This document shows, piece after piece, positions 50,814-59,505 of a stretch of 64,000 nt of DNA (positions are counted from its first letter, which is position 1; every line of letters starts with the position of its first letter). Where the stretch lies: IMG/VR virus record IMGVR_UViG_3300013126_000009; one strand, given 5' to 3'. Source of the stretch: a virus. Lineage: Duplodnaviria > Heunggongvirae > Uroviricota > Caudoviricetes. Under the pieces are notes generated by a model. That model did not search any database, was not told where the DNA came from, and saw only the letters and a list, made by a program, of their open reading frames with translations. Position numbers and translations under genes: made by a program.

Positions 50814-51462
50814 TTGTGGTTCTTCTAATCTTAGTCATAGGCCAATCAGTGTTTTCATGTATAACTTGATACATTATACCTATGTTTGGGTCAGCACAAG
50901 TACCCATAAAGATTATATCATTGGTCTTTATACTTTTTGATGTATCGTGAAGTTTATGGTGTAATCTTTGAGCCTCTTCCTTATTTTTACAGACCACCAT
51001 ATCAAAACGTTCTTCATTATGAATAACTAATTTATTATGAACAACAATGGCTTGTCTTAAATTTTTATAATTAGGTTTTGTGAACAATATTTTAACAATA
51101 TCATGTATTGTTTTTCGGTTCTTTTTAGATGGATAACCATACAGCCAAAAGGTTTCTTCGATTTGAAATGGCGATGACTGCAAGGGTCTCCATTTATCAA
51201 ATAATAAAGGTTCTTCATATAGTTTACCGAATCTATCCCTTAATAATCTTGGTTGGTCATCCGATTCAGGCTCCTTAACCAAAAATAATTCGTAACTAAC
51301 AGGCATAATCTTACCGTCATTTATGAATTTCTTTGGGAATGCGACATTAAGTGTATCGGCTTTTAGTTCGTTATAAGTTTCATATGCAAATTCCTTTGTT
51401 TTATATTTGCAGAACCTACGAATGTACTTACCGTTACCAACTAAGATGACCTGATATTCCAT
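50803..51462 (-). CDS. hypothetical protein
   Basis: 219 aa; convergent with the upstream genes. Confidence 0.7.
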   Translation of the reverse strand: MEYQVILVGNGKYIRRFCKYKTKEFAYETYNELKADTLNVAFPKKFINDGKIMPVSYELFLVKEPESDDQPRLLRDRFGKLYEEPLLFDKWRPLQSSPFQIEETFWLYGYPSKKNRKTIHDIVKILFTKPNYKNLRQAIVVHNKLVIHNEERFDMVVCKNKEEAQRLHHKLHDTSKSIKTNDIIFMGTCADPNIGIMYQVIHENTDWPMTKIRRTTTKP

Positions 51463-51509
51463 TGTTTTTTTTAATTTAATTTACATATATTTGTCAAAAA
51501 AGTGAACAT

Positions 51510-52508
51510 ATGGCCAATTACTATGATATATTGGGCGTTTCAAAAGAAGCGACTCAAGAGGAAATAAAAAAAAGTTATCGTAAATTAAGTAAGGAACATC
51601 ATCCAGATAAAGGTGGTGATGAGGAAAAATTTAAAGAGATAGCTGAAGCATATTCAACACTTTCAGACCCTAAGAAACGTGCAGAATATGACAATCCACC
51701 ATCGTTTGGTAGGTCTATGGGGTTTGAAGAATTTTTCAGGCAAGCCAATAGACGACAACAATCTGATATACAACCAAATATCTATCATAGGGTTATCATA
51801 GATTTAAAAGATGTCTTAAACGGCAAGACAGTACCTATTAATTATAACTCATTTTCAAAATGTGGGACATGTAATGGTAATGGTGGTCATGAACCTGAAA
51901 CATGTTCTTCCTGTGGTGGTAGTGGGGCACAAATAATCAATAACGGGTTTATGGTTATGCAAACAATGTGTCAAACGTGTAATGGTACTGGCACTACATA
52001 TAAAAAACCATGTAACGATTGTTCATCTACTGGTAAAAAAAGCAAAACCAATAATGTTTCAATAACCATACCACCAAGTATTTTGAATGGTGAAAGATTA
52101 ACGTATCAAGGCTATGGTAATGAGTTGAATAACGGTATGGTCGGAGCATTGATTGTGGAGGTATTTGTAAACGAGGACAAAGACTTTATGCGAAATCCAG
52201 ATAACCCATTTGACGTTACCTATTTTATGGAATTAACATATCCAGAAGTGGTATTGGGTTGTGAGAAGATGGTACCAACAATATCTGGTTCAAAGATTAA
52301 ATTAAAAGTACCAGAACTATCACATGATGGTAAAGTATTAAGAGTTAAGGGTCAAGGTTTCAAAAAACGACAAAGAGGTTTTGGTGTTTTAAATGAACGT
52401 GGTGATATGCACATATTATTAAACGTTAAATATCCTAATGAAATATCGGAAGAAGAAAAGGATTTATTGAATAAATTAAAAAACATCACCGATTCACTTG
52501 ACAGCTAA
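51510..52508 (+). CDS. dnaJ: DnaJ chaperone
   Basis: J-domain HPD, four CxxCxxxG repeats, C-terminal GD motifs; TATATTTG at 51486. Confidence 0.93.
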   Translation: MANYYDILGVSKEATQEEIKKSYRKLSKEHHPDKGGDEEKFKEIAEAYSTLSDPKKRAEYDNPPSFGRSMGFEEFFRQANRRQQSDIQPNIYHRVIIDLKDVLNGKTVPINYNSFSKCGTCNGNGGHEPETCSSCGGSGAQIINNGFMVMQTMCQTCNGTGTTYKKPCNDCSSTGKKSKTNNVSITIPPSILNGERLTYQGYGNELNNGMVGALIVEVFVNEDKDFMRNPDNPFDVTYFMELTYPEVVLGCEKMVPTISGSKIKLKVPELSHDGKVLRVKGQGFKKRQRGFGVLNERGDMHILLNVKYPNEISEEEKDLLNKLKNITDSLDS

Positions 52509-52564
52509 GGAATAATATTATATGTTTGCTAAAGTAATAACAAAAATAATTTAAAAATAAAAAA

Positions 52565-52990
52565 ATGGCGAAGTATTTTGATTTAATGGAAGACCTAGAA
52601 GGTTATTTTACAAGAGCATTTAGCAAAGCTGGACTTGAACGGGTTGTTAATTTAAGGGTTGTTGGTTGTCAAAACCAAAAGAACGTATATGAACCACCAA
52701 AAAAAGTTACTGGTGTATATAATTTCCTAACAAAAGAAGATATTGTAATCACAGTTAATGAGCAAGTCTTTGAGATGTTGGAAGAAAACCACAGAGTTAT
52801 GGTCGCTGAGGAAGCAATTGCTCATATCAGTTTTGATTTTGAAAAAGATAAACTGTCAATCGTTAAACCAGATTTCACAGCATTCAGCTTAATGGTTAGC
52901 AAATACACTTTTGAAGAAGTCAAGAGACTTAAAGATGTTCTAAGAGAATTATCATCACAAAAAGAAGATTCTGAAGAAGTTAGAGTGTGA
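52565..52990 (+). CDS. hypothetical protein (possible degenerate phage metallopeptidase fold)
   Basis: DIVITVNEQVF...EEAIAHI...KPDF. Confidence 0.5.
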   Translation: MAKYFDLMEDLEGYFTRAFSKAGLERVVNLRVVGCQNQKNVYEPPKKVTGVYNFLTKEDIVITVNEQVFEMLEENHRVMVAEEAIAHISFDFEKDKLSIVKPDFTAFSLMVSKYTFEEVKRLKDVLRELSSQKEDSEEVRV

Positions 52991-53202
52991 TGAAAGGTAG
53001 TGTAATTAAAATGTTGGAATCTGAAATGCATTCCAGACGACAAAAGTCGTTGTTAAGTCTTAAACTACTAATGTCCAACCCCGTTGGAATTGGTGACCAC
53101 TCAACAACAGACTTTTATGATAACTGTATTGAAGCGTTAGTTAATTTGGCTGAAGCTGATGACGCATTAGAAACCTTAAATAGATATAAAGATGACTTAT
53201 AA
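52987..53202 (+). CDS. hypothetical protein
   Basis: NPVGIGDHST motif, 71 aa. Confidence 0.6.
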   Translation: MMKGSVIKMLESEMHSRRQKSLLSLKLLMSNPVGIGDHSTTDFYDNCIEALVNLAEADDALETLNRYKDDL

Positions 53203-53881
53203 TAACGATTTTAGCAATTATGCAATAAAGCACTTGAACATTAACCCGATGCAACTGCATTATTGGGAAAAACTTCAAGATAAACTATATGGACCTAATG
53301 CTTCATTAACACCATATATTACCGAAGAATCTGATAGAAGAGCCGTTCAGATGGATATCTTCTCCAGAATGCAAATGGAGAGAATTATCTGGGTTGCTGG
53401 CGTTGTAAATGATATGATGTCAACAATTGTTCAAGCACAGCTAATGTGGTTGGACACACAAGGTAACGATGATATTGTAATTCATTGTGACACCCCTGGT
53501 GGAAGCGTCAAGAGTGGGCTATCTATGGTCGATGTTATGAATTATGTTAGTTCTGATATTGTAACAATAAATACTGGAATGGCAGCATCGATGGGTTCAG
53601 TTTTATTAGGTGCTGGAACAAAGGGGAAACGATATAGTTTACCACATTCAAAAGTAATGCTACACCAAGTTTCTGGAGGTATGTCAGGTGAGATACAGTC
53701 AATGAAAATCTCTTATATGGAAGCTGAAAAATATAATGAAGAGTTGTTTAGAATGCTCGGTGAATACTGTGATAAAGACCCAGAACAAGTTAAAAAAGAT
53801 GCTGACCGAGATTTGTGGCTTACATCAGGTGAAGCCCTTGAATATGGTATTATTGATTCAATTATTAAGAATAAACAATAA
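53192..53881 (+). CDS. clpP: ClpP protease subunit (copy 2)
   Basis: DIFSR, TPGGSV, GMAASMG (Ser), MLHQ (His), DRD and EYGIID. Confidence 0.92.
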   Translation: MTYNNDFSNYAIKHLNINPMQLHYWEKLQDKLYGPNASLTPYITEESDRRAVQMDIFSRMQMERIIWVAGVVNDMMSTIVQAQLMWLDTQGNDDIVIHCDTPGGSVKSGLSMVDVMNYVSSDIVTINTGMAASMGSVLLGAGTKGKRYSLPHSKVMLHQVSGGMSGEIQSMKISYMEAEKYNEELFRMLGEYCDKDPEQVKKDADRDLWLTSGEALEYGIIDSIIKNKQ

Positions 53882-54066
53882 TGTATATTAGCATAGCTGA
53901 AAAGTTATATAAAAAGGTTAATCCACATTCAAAAATGGATGTGCCGAGTAGTATTTATGTAACGACTGAAAAATGGTTTAAAGAATGGTTGGTAACAAAA
54001 CCAACAGTTTTTAATGAAGAGGCGTTTTTTGTTTGGTGCATTAAAAATAAATCAGTATATTTATAA
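53881..54066 (+). CDS. hypothetical protein
   Basis: 61 aa; coupled to clpP. Confidence 0.45.
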   Translation: MYISIAEKLYKKVNPHSKMDVPSSIYVTTEKWFKEWLVTKPTVFNEEAFFVWCIKNKSVYL

Positions 54067-54072
54067 ATGAAT

Positions 54073-54441
54073 GGGTGTGACTGGATTTGATTGCATGATG
54101 TTCTTTGATATAAGGAAGCACTGCGACTCAGGTTATAGCAGTACAAAATTTACTTGAGAATTATAAAAGGCGAAGATTTCGTTAATTATGAAAGATTCTT
54201 TGCTACTGAAGCAGAAGCTTTAGTGTAAGGGATGTTTGCACCAACAGCATAATAGGTGCCGAGTTAAGACAGCTTAACAAAACCTTTTTAGTTTATTGAG
54301 TTTTAAGGTCAATAAAATTTAATAACGGGTTTTCAAATTCCTGTAAAGATTTGATATTTCGTCAGATTAGAAAATGTGACTAAGCTTGTAGAAAGTATTA
54401 TTGATGCGTGTAAGACGAGAGTTCGAATCTCTCCACATCCA
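54073..54441 (+). ncRNA. ssrA: tmRNA
   Basis: Acceptor GGGTGTG/CACATCC+A with G3:U70; GACTGGATTTGA 5' motif; T-arm GAGA-GTTCGAAT-CTCTC; tag frame 54169-54228 (A)GEDFVNYERFFATEAEALV*. Confidence 0.9.
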
Positions 54442-54460
54442 CACTGAACTTTTGTTCTTA

Positions 54461-54511
54461 AAAAATATGTCATGGTAAAATTATTTCAATGTAGTACCAT
54501 GACATATTTTT
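54461..54511 (+). terminator. long hairpin/terminator after ssrA
   Basis: AAAAATATGTCATGGTA ... TACCATGACATATTTTT. Confidence 0.7.
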
Positions 54512-54632
54512 TAATTATTTGCTTGGTTTTGGTTTTGGTTTACATCCACATCCTTTCATTTTAGTTGATTTTTTGTAAATTGTTATTTATATATAAATAT
54601 AGGAAAATCAAAGGTTTTGTAAATAATTAAAA

Positions 54633-54842
54633 ATGTTCTTAAAAAAAAGGTATAATATAATCACTCGTAATTGGGATGTTATAACCAGATTAAGGTTATC
54701 TGAAACACCGAGAACCAACGAAATGGTTTATATTGAGAATACGGGTAAATACTATGTTGTTTTGAATGTGATACATCGGGAAACATTCTTATTGAATACC
54801 ACGTATATTGTTGTTGAAGAATTAAATGAGAGAAAAAAGTAA
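54633..54842 (+). CDS. hypothetical protein
   Basis: 69 aa. Confidence 0.55.
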   Translation: MFLKKRYNIITRNWDVITRLRLSETPRTNEMVYIENTGKYYVVLNVIHRETFLLNTTYIVVEELNERKK

Positions 54843-54849
54843 TTTTTGA

Positions 54850-54881
54850 TTTGCATATATTGAATATTTAATGTATATTTG
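54850..54881 (+). promoter_or_regulatory. Bacteroidota sigma-A type promoter for the tRNA-fMet/cassette unit
   Basis: TTTG (54850-53), 20 nt, TATATTTG (54874-81). Confidence 0.75.
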
Positions 54882-54908
54882 TATCAGAAATTAAGAAACA
54901 GAAATTAA

Positions 54909-54964
54909 AGAGAGATTTCAGCAAAATTTAGACAATACAATTGAGATGTAAAAAAAGTCTCTCT
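54909..54964 (+). ncRNA. putative structured leader RNA (CAGCAA-containing hairpin)
   Basis: AGAGAGATT/AGTCTCTCT 9-bp closing stem enclosing TCAGCAAAA...TAAAAAA. Confidence 0.35.
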
Positions 54965-54978
54965 GTTTATTATTATAT

Positions 54979-55066
54979 CGCGGGAATGAAGGCTGGTAGT
55001 GATGCCTCGGTAGTCTCATAAGCTACCAACCGTAAAGGTGTGAAAGTGCGATTCTTTCTCCCGCAA
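54979..55066 (+). tRNA. atypical tRNA-Met(CAT), initiator-like acceptor, long variable arm
   Basis: CGCGGGA/TCCCGCA (C1:A72); GTAGT-CTCATAA-GCTAC; 14-15-nt variable region; T-loop TGCGATT. Confidence 0.75.
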
Positions 55067-55100
55067 CAACGGTATTGATAAACCCAGTAATAACAGAAAT

Positions 55101-55355
55101 ATGGCAAAGAGAAAGAAACCTATGACTAAAGACGAACATAACAAAGAAGCTCAAAGATTATTGGGTTTATCTGATGTTATGCATTCGTTGCCTACTGCTT
55201 GGTATTTTGATTGGAATGGAAGTGAGCCTCCAAGAATATTTGATTCCGATGGTAGGTGTGTATGTGTTTTAAGTACAGGCACATTTAGCGGTGCTTACGA
55301 AACTGAACAGATTATTGCAAATGCAAAACGATTGCTTTATGGCAATGATGCATAA
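55101..55355 (+). CDS. cassette-borne hypothetical protein
   Basis: Starts inside the attC loop; stop is the TAAC of the next site. Confidence 0.65.
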   Translation: MAKRKKPMTKDEHNKEAQRLLGLSDVMHSLPTAWYFDWNGSEPPRIFDSDGRCVCVLSTGTFSGAYETEQIIANAKRLLYGNDA

Positions 55356-55423
55356 CGTTAAAGCATTGGTGTCTGTTTGGGCATCAAGGCTTAAAAGTTC
55401 AAATTAACAACTAAAAGATATAT

Positions 55424-55630
55424 ATGCAACAAGACCAGATTACTTCCGTCAGCCAAAATAGCACCAATGCAGTGTTAAATGAAGGGCGAAAATATTGGTA
55501 TGTAGTTGAAACTACTGCTTGTGTTTTGTGTGGTAGAGAAAAAAATAACCGTTATCGTGTTTATGAAGAACCAAAGCCTGAACAAAAGCGCATTTGGAAA
55601 GATGATGCCTGTGGCGAGCATTTCATGTAG
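55424..55630 (+). CDS. cassette-borne hypothetical protein (CxxC...CxxH)
   Basis: Starts inside the attC loop. Confidence 0.55.
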   Translation: MQQDQITSVSQNSTNAVLNEGRKYWYVVETTACVLCGREKNNRYRVYEEPKPEQKRIWKDDACGEHFM

Positions 55631-55747
55631 CTTTTCATTTAACGGTTTGGCTAAGAAGCGTAGCCATGCAATCACGCTTCAAAATTGGCACTACACTTTA
55701 TTGGCTATGCTTTTTAGCCGTTGTTATGTGCCGTTATTATTCGCAAG

Positions 55748-55954
55748 ATGAAAGCAGAAACGAAAAAAATATTAAAAGAACAAGGCAAACTTGACCTTTA
55801 TACAGATGAACGATTTGAGCAAGTTAAAGCTGTAATGAAACACGGAATGACCAAAGACGCTTGGTTAAAGAATTATCTATCCCTAGACTCACTAAACAAG
55901 GCTCAATGGTGTGCAGACCACTTGGTCAAGTTTGTTGAAGGTGGTTATTTATAA
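55748..55954 (+). CDS. cassette-borne hypothetical protein
   Basis: ATG 55748. Confidence 0.6.
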   Translation: MKAETKKILKEQGKLDLYTDERFEQVKAVMKHGMTKDAWLKNYLSLDSLNKAQWCADHLVKFVEGGYL

Positions 55955-55961
55955 TGGCACA

Positions 55962-56008
55962 TAACGTCTGATGATAAACAATCGTTTTAATGTTGTTTAT
56001 CATTTGTT
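55962..56008. repeat. 47-bp attC-like palindrome, copy 2 (first copy at 1738-1784)
   Basis: 46 of 47 nt identical. Confidence 0.9.
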
Positions 56009-56049
56009 ATATTTAGTTGAAATTTTTTTTACTTTTAAAAAAAGAAGTT

Positions 56050-56223
56050 ATGACAGAAATCAATAAATCAAAACTCTACTTAATTCTAACTGTGATGGTT
56101 GGATTTACACTTGTCAATATAATTAAAGATAATAATTGGGTAGGTTATTTACTCTCATTAGTAGTATTTCCACTGATAACTTGGGGTTTGATAGAACTTC
56201 TTTTTAAATATAAATCAAAATAA
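56050..56223 (+). CDS. cassette-borne small membrane protein
   Basis: Two TM segments. Confidence 0.6.
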   Translation: MTEINKSKLYLILTVMVGFTLVNIIKDNNWVGYLLSLVVFPLITWGLIELLFKYKSK

Positions 56224-56305
56224 ATTTTAATTGAATATAATGGGAGTGGCTATGTGTAGTGCCGACCTTGAATAAATTACTACACTAACTAAAAAGATTA
56301 AAGCA

Positions 56306-56548
56306 ATGAGTAAAAAGAAAAAGAACAAAAAAGAGAATAAGGCATTACATATAGGTGGTGTTAGCGGTAGTTCTATTCCAGAACCACCCAAACCACCACT
56401 AAATAGAGTTATTCGAGAAGGTGTAGGGCATTTTTGTACAAATTGCGGTAGTACAATGCCCAGAAGTGGATTTTTAATGTTGTTTGGAGAAAGATACTGT
56501 GATAACAACAAATGCCCAAATAGTAAACCAGTAAAGAATTACCGCTAA
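56306..56548 (+). CDS. cassette-borne Zn-ribbon protein
   Basis: CTNC...CDNNKC; starts inside the attC loop. Confidence 0.6.
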   Translation: MSKKKKNKKENKALHIGGVSGSSIPEPPKPPLNRVIREGVGHFCTNCGSTMPRSGFLMLFGERYCDNNKCPNSKPVKNYR

Positions 56549-56575
56549 CGGTTCACAAATAAAGAAAGTAGCGAT

Positions 56576-56818
56576 ATGAGAGACGAAATAGATAAAATAC
56601 TCGGTGAATTAGTTAGAAAGGAAATAAGCGAAGCCCAAGCGATTGATAAGCTATATTCTTTATTTGATGTTAGCACACGTAAATCTTTGGAAAGTAAAAC
56701 CAAGATTATCACAGATATAAACCAATGGAGCGAAATACTATTGGCTTACAGACACAAAATAAGAGAGCGACCACTTTGGGCAATGATAGCAGACATAAAC
56801 AACAGAACAACGGATTAA
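56576..56818 (+). CDS. cassette-borne hypothetical protein
   Basis: Starts inside the attC loop. Confidence 0.6.
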   Translation: MRDEIDKILGELVRKEISEAQAIDKLYSLFDVSTRKSLESKTKIITDINQWSEILLAYRHKIRERPLWAMIADINNRTTD

Positions 56819-56967
56819 TTATGTGTGCTAACGTATTTGTATATGAAACGTGGCTGATAAGAACACGGAACTTGTCGAAGCGTACTGAACTAAATTAAAT
56901 GCCGTGCATGGTCAAATAAGCCGTACAACAGCCATGTTTTATATACTTTGTTGTGCGCAGTTATATT

Positions 56968-57225
56968 ATGGAGTTTAAAAAACTTACATCAGAAAATTTG
57001 CCTGAACCAAACAAATTGATTTGGATTAAACGAAAAAAAGGAAGCATATACTTAGGGTATAGAGAAGACAAACCTATCGCAACTAATGAAGACGCAAGTA
57101 GAGATTGTTTTTGGTATGCAAACCCAAGCCATTCAATGTTAATGGCGGATGAAAGACAGTTGCGATTCAGGTATAATTTTTCAGACGTTACAGTTGATTC
57201 ATGGGCAGAGGTTGATTTACCTTAA
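56968..57225 (+). CDS. cassette-borne hypothetical protein
   Basis: ATG 56968; LTSENLPEPNKLIWIK N-terminus. Confidence 0.65.
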   Translation: MEFKKLTSENLPEPNKLIWIKRKKGSIYLGYREDKPIATNEDASRDCFWYANPSHSMLMADERQLRFRYNFSDVTVDSWAEVDLP

Positions 57226-57233
57226 TTGCGCAC

Positions 57234-57250
57234 AACTAGAATATATAAAC
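57234..57250. other. array-terminal (attI-like) site
   Basis: AACTAGAATATATAAAC; 15 of 17 nt identical to 2217-2233. Confidence 0.55.
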
Positions 57251-57406
57251 AATTACAATAAATCAAGTTCAAAATGAATGAAAAGGGCTGTTCAACTTTA
57301 AAGATTTGTGAAAAGAAATTTAATTATCTAAACTATTCAGAGAAAACTAAAATAACTTTTGATATACAAAAAAAATTCTGTATATTTGCACAATAATTAA
57401 AAAAAA

Positions 57407-58036
57407 ATGATTATAGGTATAAATGGCACCATAGGTGCTGGTAAGGATTTTTTTGCTGAAACACTGGCTGAGTTTAGTTCAAAACCAGTTGAAAGACATG
57501 CGTTTGCTGATAAATTAAGGTTGATTACTGAACAGTTGACTGGTTATGATATGACCATGACCCATGAACCTAACAAACCCTTCTATAATCCAGTTTATAA
57601 CTATACACAAGATGATAAAAATGTATATTTGGATATGTGGGGTAAAACCGTTGGTCAAATATTACAACAACTCGGTACTGAAGCTTTACGAGATAATTTT
57701 GATACTGACGTTTGGGTAAAGTCATTATTCGCTTCTGTTGGCAAAGAAGCTTTGGCTAAAGACCATATATTAGTGATACCAGATGTTAGATTCCCCAATG
57801 AAGCTGATTACATTCTAAGTCAAGGCGGTCTCTTAATTAAAATTACAGGTGACCCCATGGGTGTCAGAGCCAAAAGTAATAGGGATTTAAATCACCCATC
57901 TGAAACAGCCTTAAATAATTATGATAAATTTACCGATATTATTGAAAATGATATTGCCAATGTTGAAGTGTTCAACGAAAAAGTTAGAGCATTTATGTTT
58001 AAACATGGGGTTTCCGTAGCCAGTTGCTACGCATAG
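57407..58036 (+). CDS. deoxynucleoside monophosphate kinase (T4 gp1-like)
   Basis: GINGTIGAGKD P-loop, FADKLR, LQQLGTE, PDVRFPNE and HPSE. Confidence 0.88.
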   Translation: MIIGINGTIGAGKDFFAETLAEFSSKPVERHAFADKLRLITEQLTGYDMTMTHEPNKPFYNPVYNYTQDDKNVYLDMWGKTVGQILQQLGTEALRDNFDTDVWVKSLFASVGKEALAKDHILVIPDVRFPNEADYILSQGGLLIKITGDPMGVRAKSNRDLNHPSETALNNYDKFTDIIENDIANVEVFNEKVRAFMFKHGVSVASCYA

Positions 58037-58064
58037 ATAGAAAAAAACTATTCATAGTTTTTTC

Positions 58065-58096
58065 AAGGTCAAACCATGAGGTTTGGCCTTTTTTTT
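58065..58096 (+). terminator. rho-independent terminator
   Basis: AAGGTCAAACC-ATGA-GGTTTGGCCTT plus T-run. Confidence 0.8.
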
Positions 58097-58131
58097 GTTA
58101 TATTTGTGAACTATTTAATTAAAAAGAACTG

Positions 58132-59310
58132 ATGTTTAAAAAATTAATAAAAGAACAATTACTATTGGAAGCGGAAGAAGTCCGTATACCCTTTAAAATG
58201 GACATACCTGAAGATATTAGGAAGATACAGAAAGTATTCAAAGCTAATGGTAAAGAATTATATTTGGTCGGTGGTTCTGTTAGGGATGCTTTATTGGGTA
58301 AACCTATAAAGGATTATGATTTAGCAACTGAAGCCAAACCTGATGAGGTTATTAAAATGCTTAAAGGAAAACCATTTATAACAAATATAATAGAAACTGG
58401 TAAATCTTTTGGTGTTATAAACGCATTAACTGACAATGATGAGTATGAGATTGCCACTTTTAGGTCTGAATCGGGATACGAAGATTCTAGAAGACCTTCA
58501 AGTGTTGAATTCACTGATATAGCAACAGATGTTGCCCGAAGAGATTTAACCGTTAACGCATTATTCTATGATTTGGATACCAATGAGGTTGTTGACCTTG
58601 TTGGTGGAATTGAAGACCTTAAAAAAGGTATTATTCGAACGGTTGGTGACCCATCTGAACGATTTGAAGAGGACAAGCTAAGAGTGTTAAGAGCTATTAG
58701 ATTTGCCGCAAGATTCGGTAGTGAGGTTGATGAGAAGATAGACCAATTACTAAGTAAAGGTATTGATTTATCAGCAATTTCTGGTGAGCGCATTAGAGAT
58801 GAATTCATCAAAGGAATCAAGACATCCAAATCAACTGTTAATTTCTTATCGATGTTGGATAAATATGATTTGTTCAATGCTATATTTCCTAACGTTAAAA
58901 TCAATAAGAATTTCATAGAGAGTAATGACTCAGAGTTGGTAATTGCCAGCTTATTGTTACCACTTATAACTATAAGTGACATATCTCAAATCGAAAAGAA
59001 ATTAAATGCGTTGAAATACTCAACACAAGAAATACGTGATATAACAGCTTTAATGTTATTGACTCAATTTGAACCAGATGAAATTGTACCAATGAAAAAG
59101 AAACTACAACTAAGTAGTTTATCTGATGAACAGATTAAAACTTTTGCTTCACTAATGAACTTGGATGCTAATCTAATTGACAAATTATTGCAATTCAAGT
59201 TATCGGTAAGTGGGCAAGATGTTATGAAACAATTCAATATCAAAGGACCAGAGGTCGGTAAAGTAATCAATCAAATTGAGGTCGAAAAATTCAAAAAAAC
59301 ACTCAATTAA
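58132..59310 (+). CDS. cca: class II tRNA nucleotidyltransferase (CCA-adding enzyme/poly(A) polymerase family)
   Basis: VGGSVRD...DYDL, RRDLTVNAL, EDKLRVLRAIRF and ERIRDEF. Confidence 0.88.
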   Translation: MFKKLIKEQLLLEAEEVRIPFKMDIPEDIRKIQKVFKANGKELYLVGGSVRDALLGKPIKDYDLATEAKPDEVIKMLKGKPFITNIIETGKSFGVINALTDNDEYEIATFRSESGYEDSRRPSSVEFTDIATDVARRDLTVNALFYDLDTNEVVDLVGGIEDLKKGIIRTVGDPSERFEEDKLRVLRAIRFAARFGSEVDEKIDQLLSKGIDLSAISGERIRDEFIKGIKTSKSTVNFLSMLDKYDLFNAIFPNVKINKNFIESNDSELVIASLLLPLITISDISQIEKKLNALKYSTQEIRDITALMLLTQFEPDEIVPMKKKLQLSSLSDEQIKTFASLMNLDANLIDKLLQFKLSVSGQDVMKQFNIKGPEVGKVINQIEVEKFKKTLN

Positions 59311-59367
59311 AGTCTAAAAGGACAAATATTGAAAATATTGACATGCAAACCTAAATATATAACTAAG

Positions 59368-59394
59368 TTAAGTTATTGATTATTAATAACTTAA
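59368..59394. repeat. perfect 10-bp inverted repeat with 7-bp spacer
   Basis: TTAAGTTATT-GATTATT-AATAACTTAA; related imperfect copy at 2242-2268. Confidence 0.6.
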
Positions 59395-59505
59395 ATAGTT
59401 AAATGTTTGATTATTTTTGACACAGTAGCCAATTAAAACGAAAATAGTTAAATAACGGTCTATTACAATTAACCTATATATTTATAAAAGTAATATACAG
59501 GAATT

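Larger units (their letters stand above)
55067..57250 (+). mobile_element. Integron-like gene-cassette array 2 (7 cassettes)
   Basis: attC-like palindromes at 55067-55178, 55353-55476, 55640-55725, 55962-56008, 56238-56362, 56546-56671 and 56829-56952. Cassette-specific complementary flanks (e.g. GTTATGTGCCGTTAT 55723 / ATAATGGCACATAAC 55951; GTTGTGCGCAGTTA 56950 / TAATTGCGCACAAC 57223). Terminal site at 57234-57250. Confidence 0.82.

Noticed and set aside
53955-54146. Minus-strand ORF over the ssrA 5' end
   Set aside because: Shadow of the tmRNA and the 53881 ORF.
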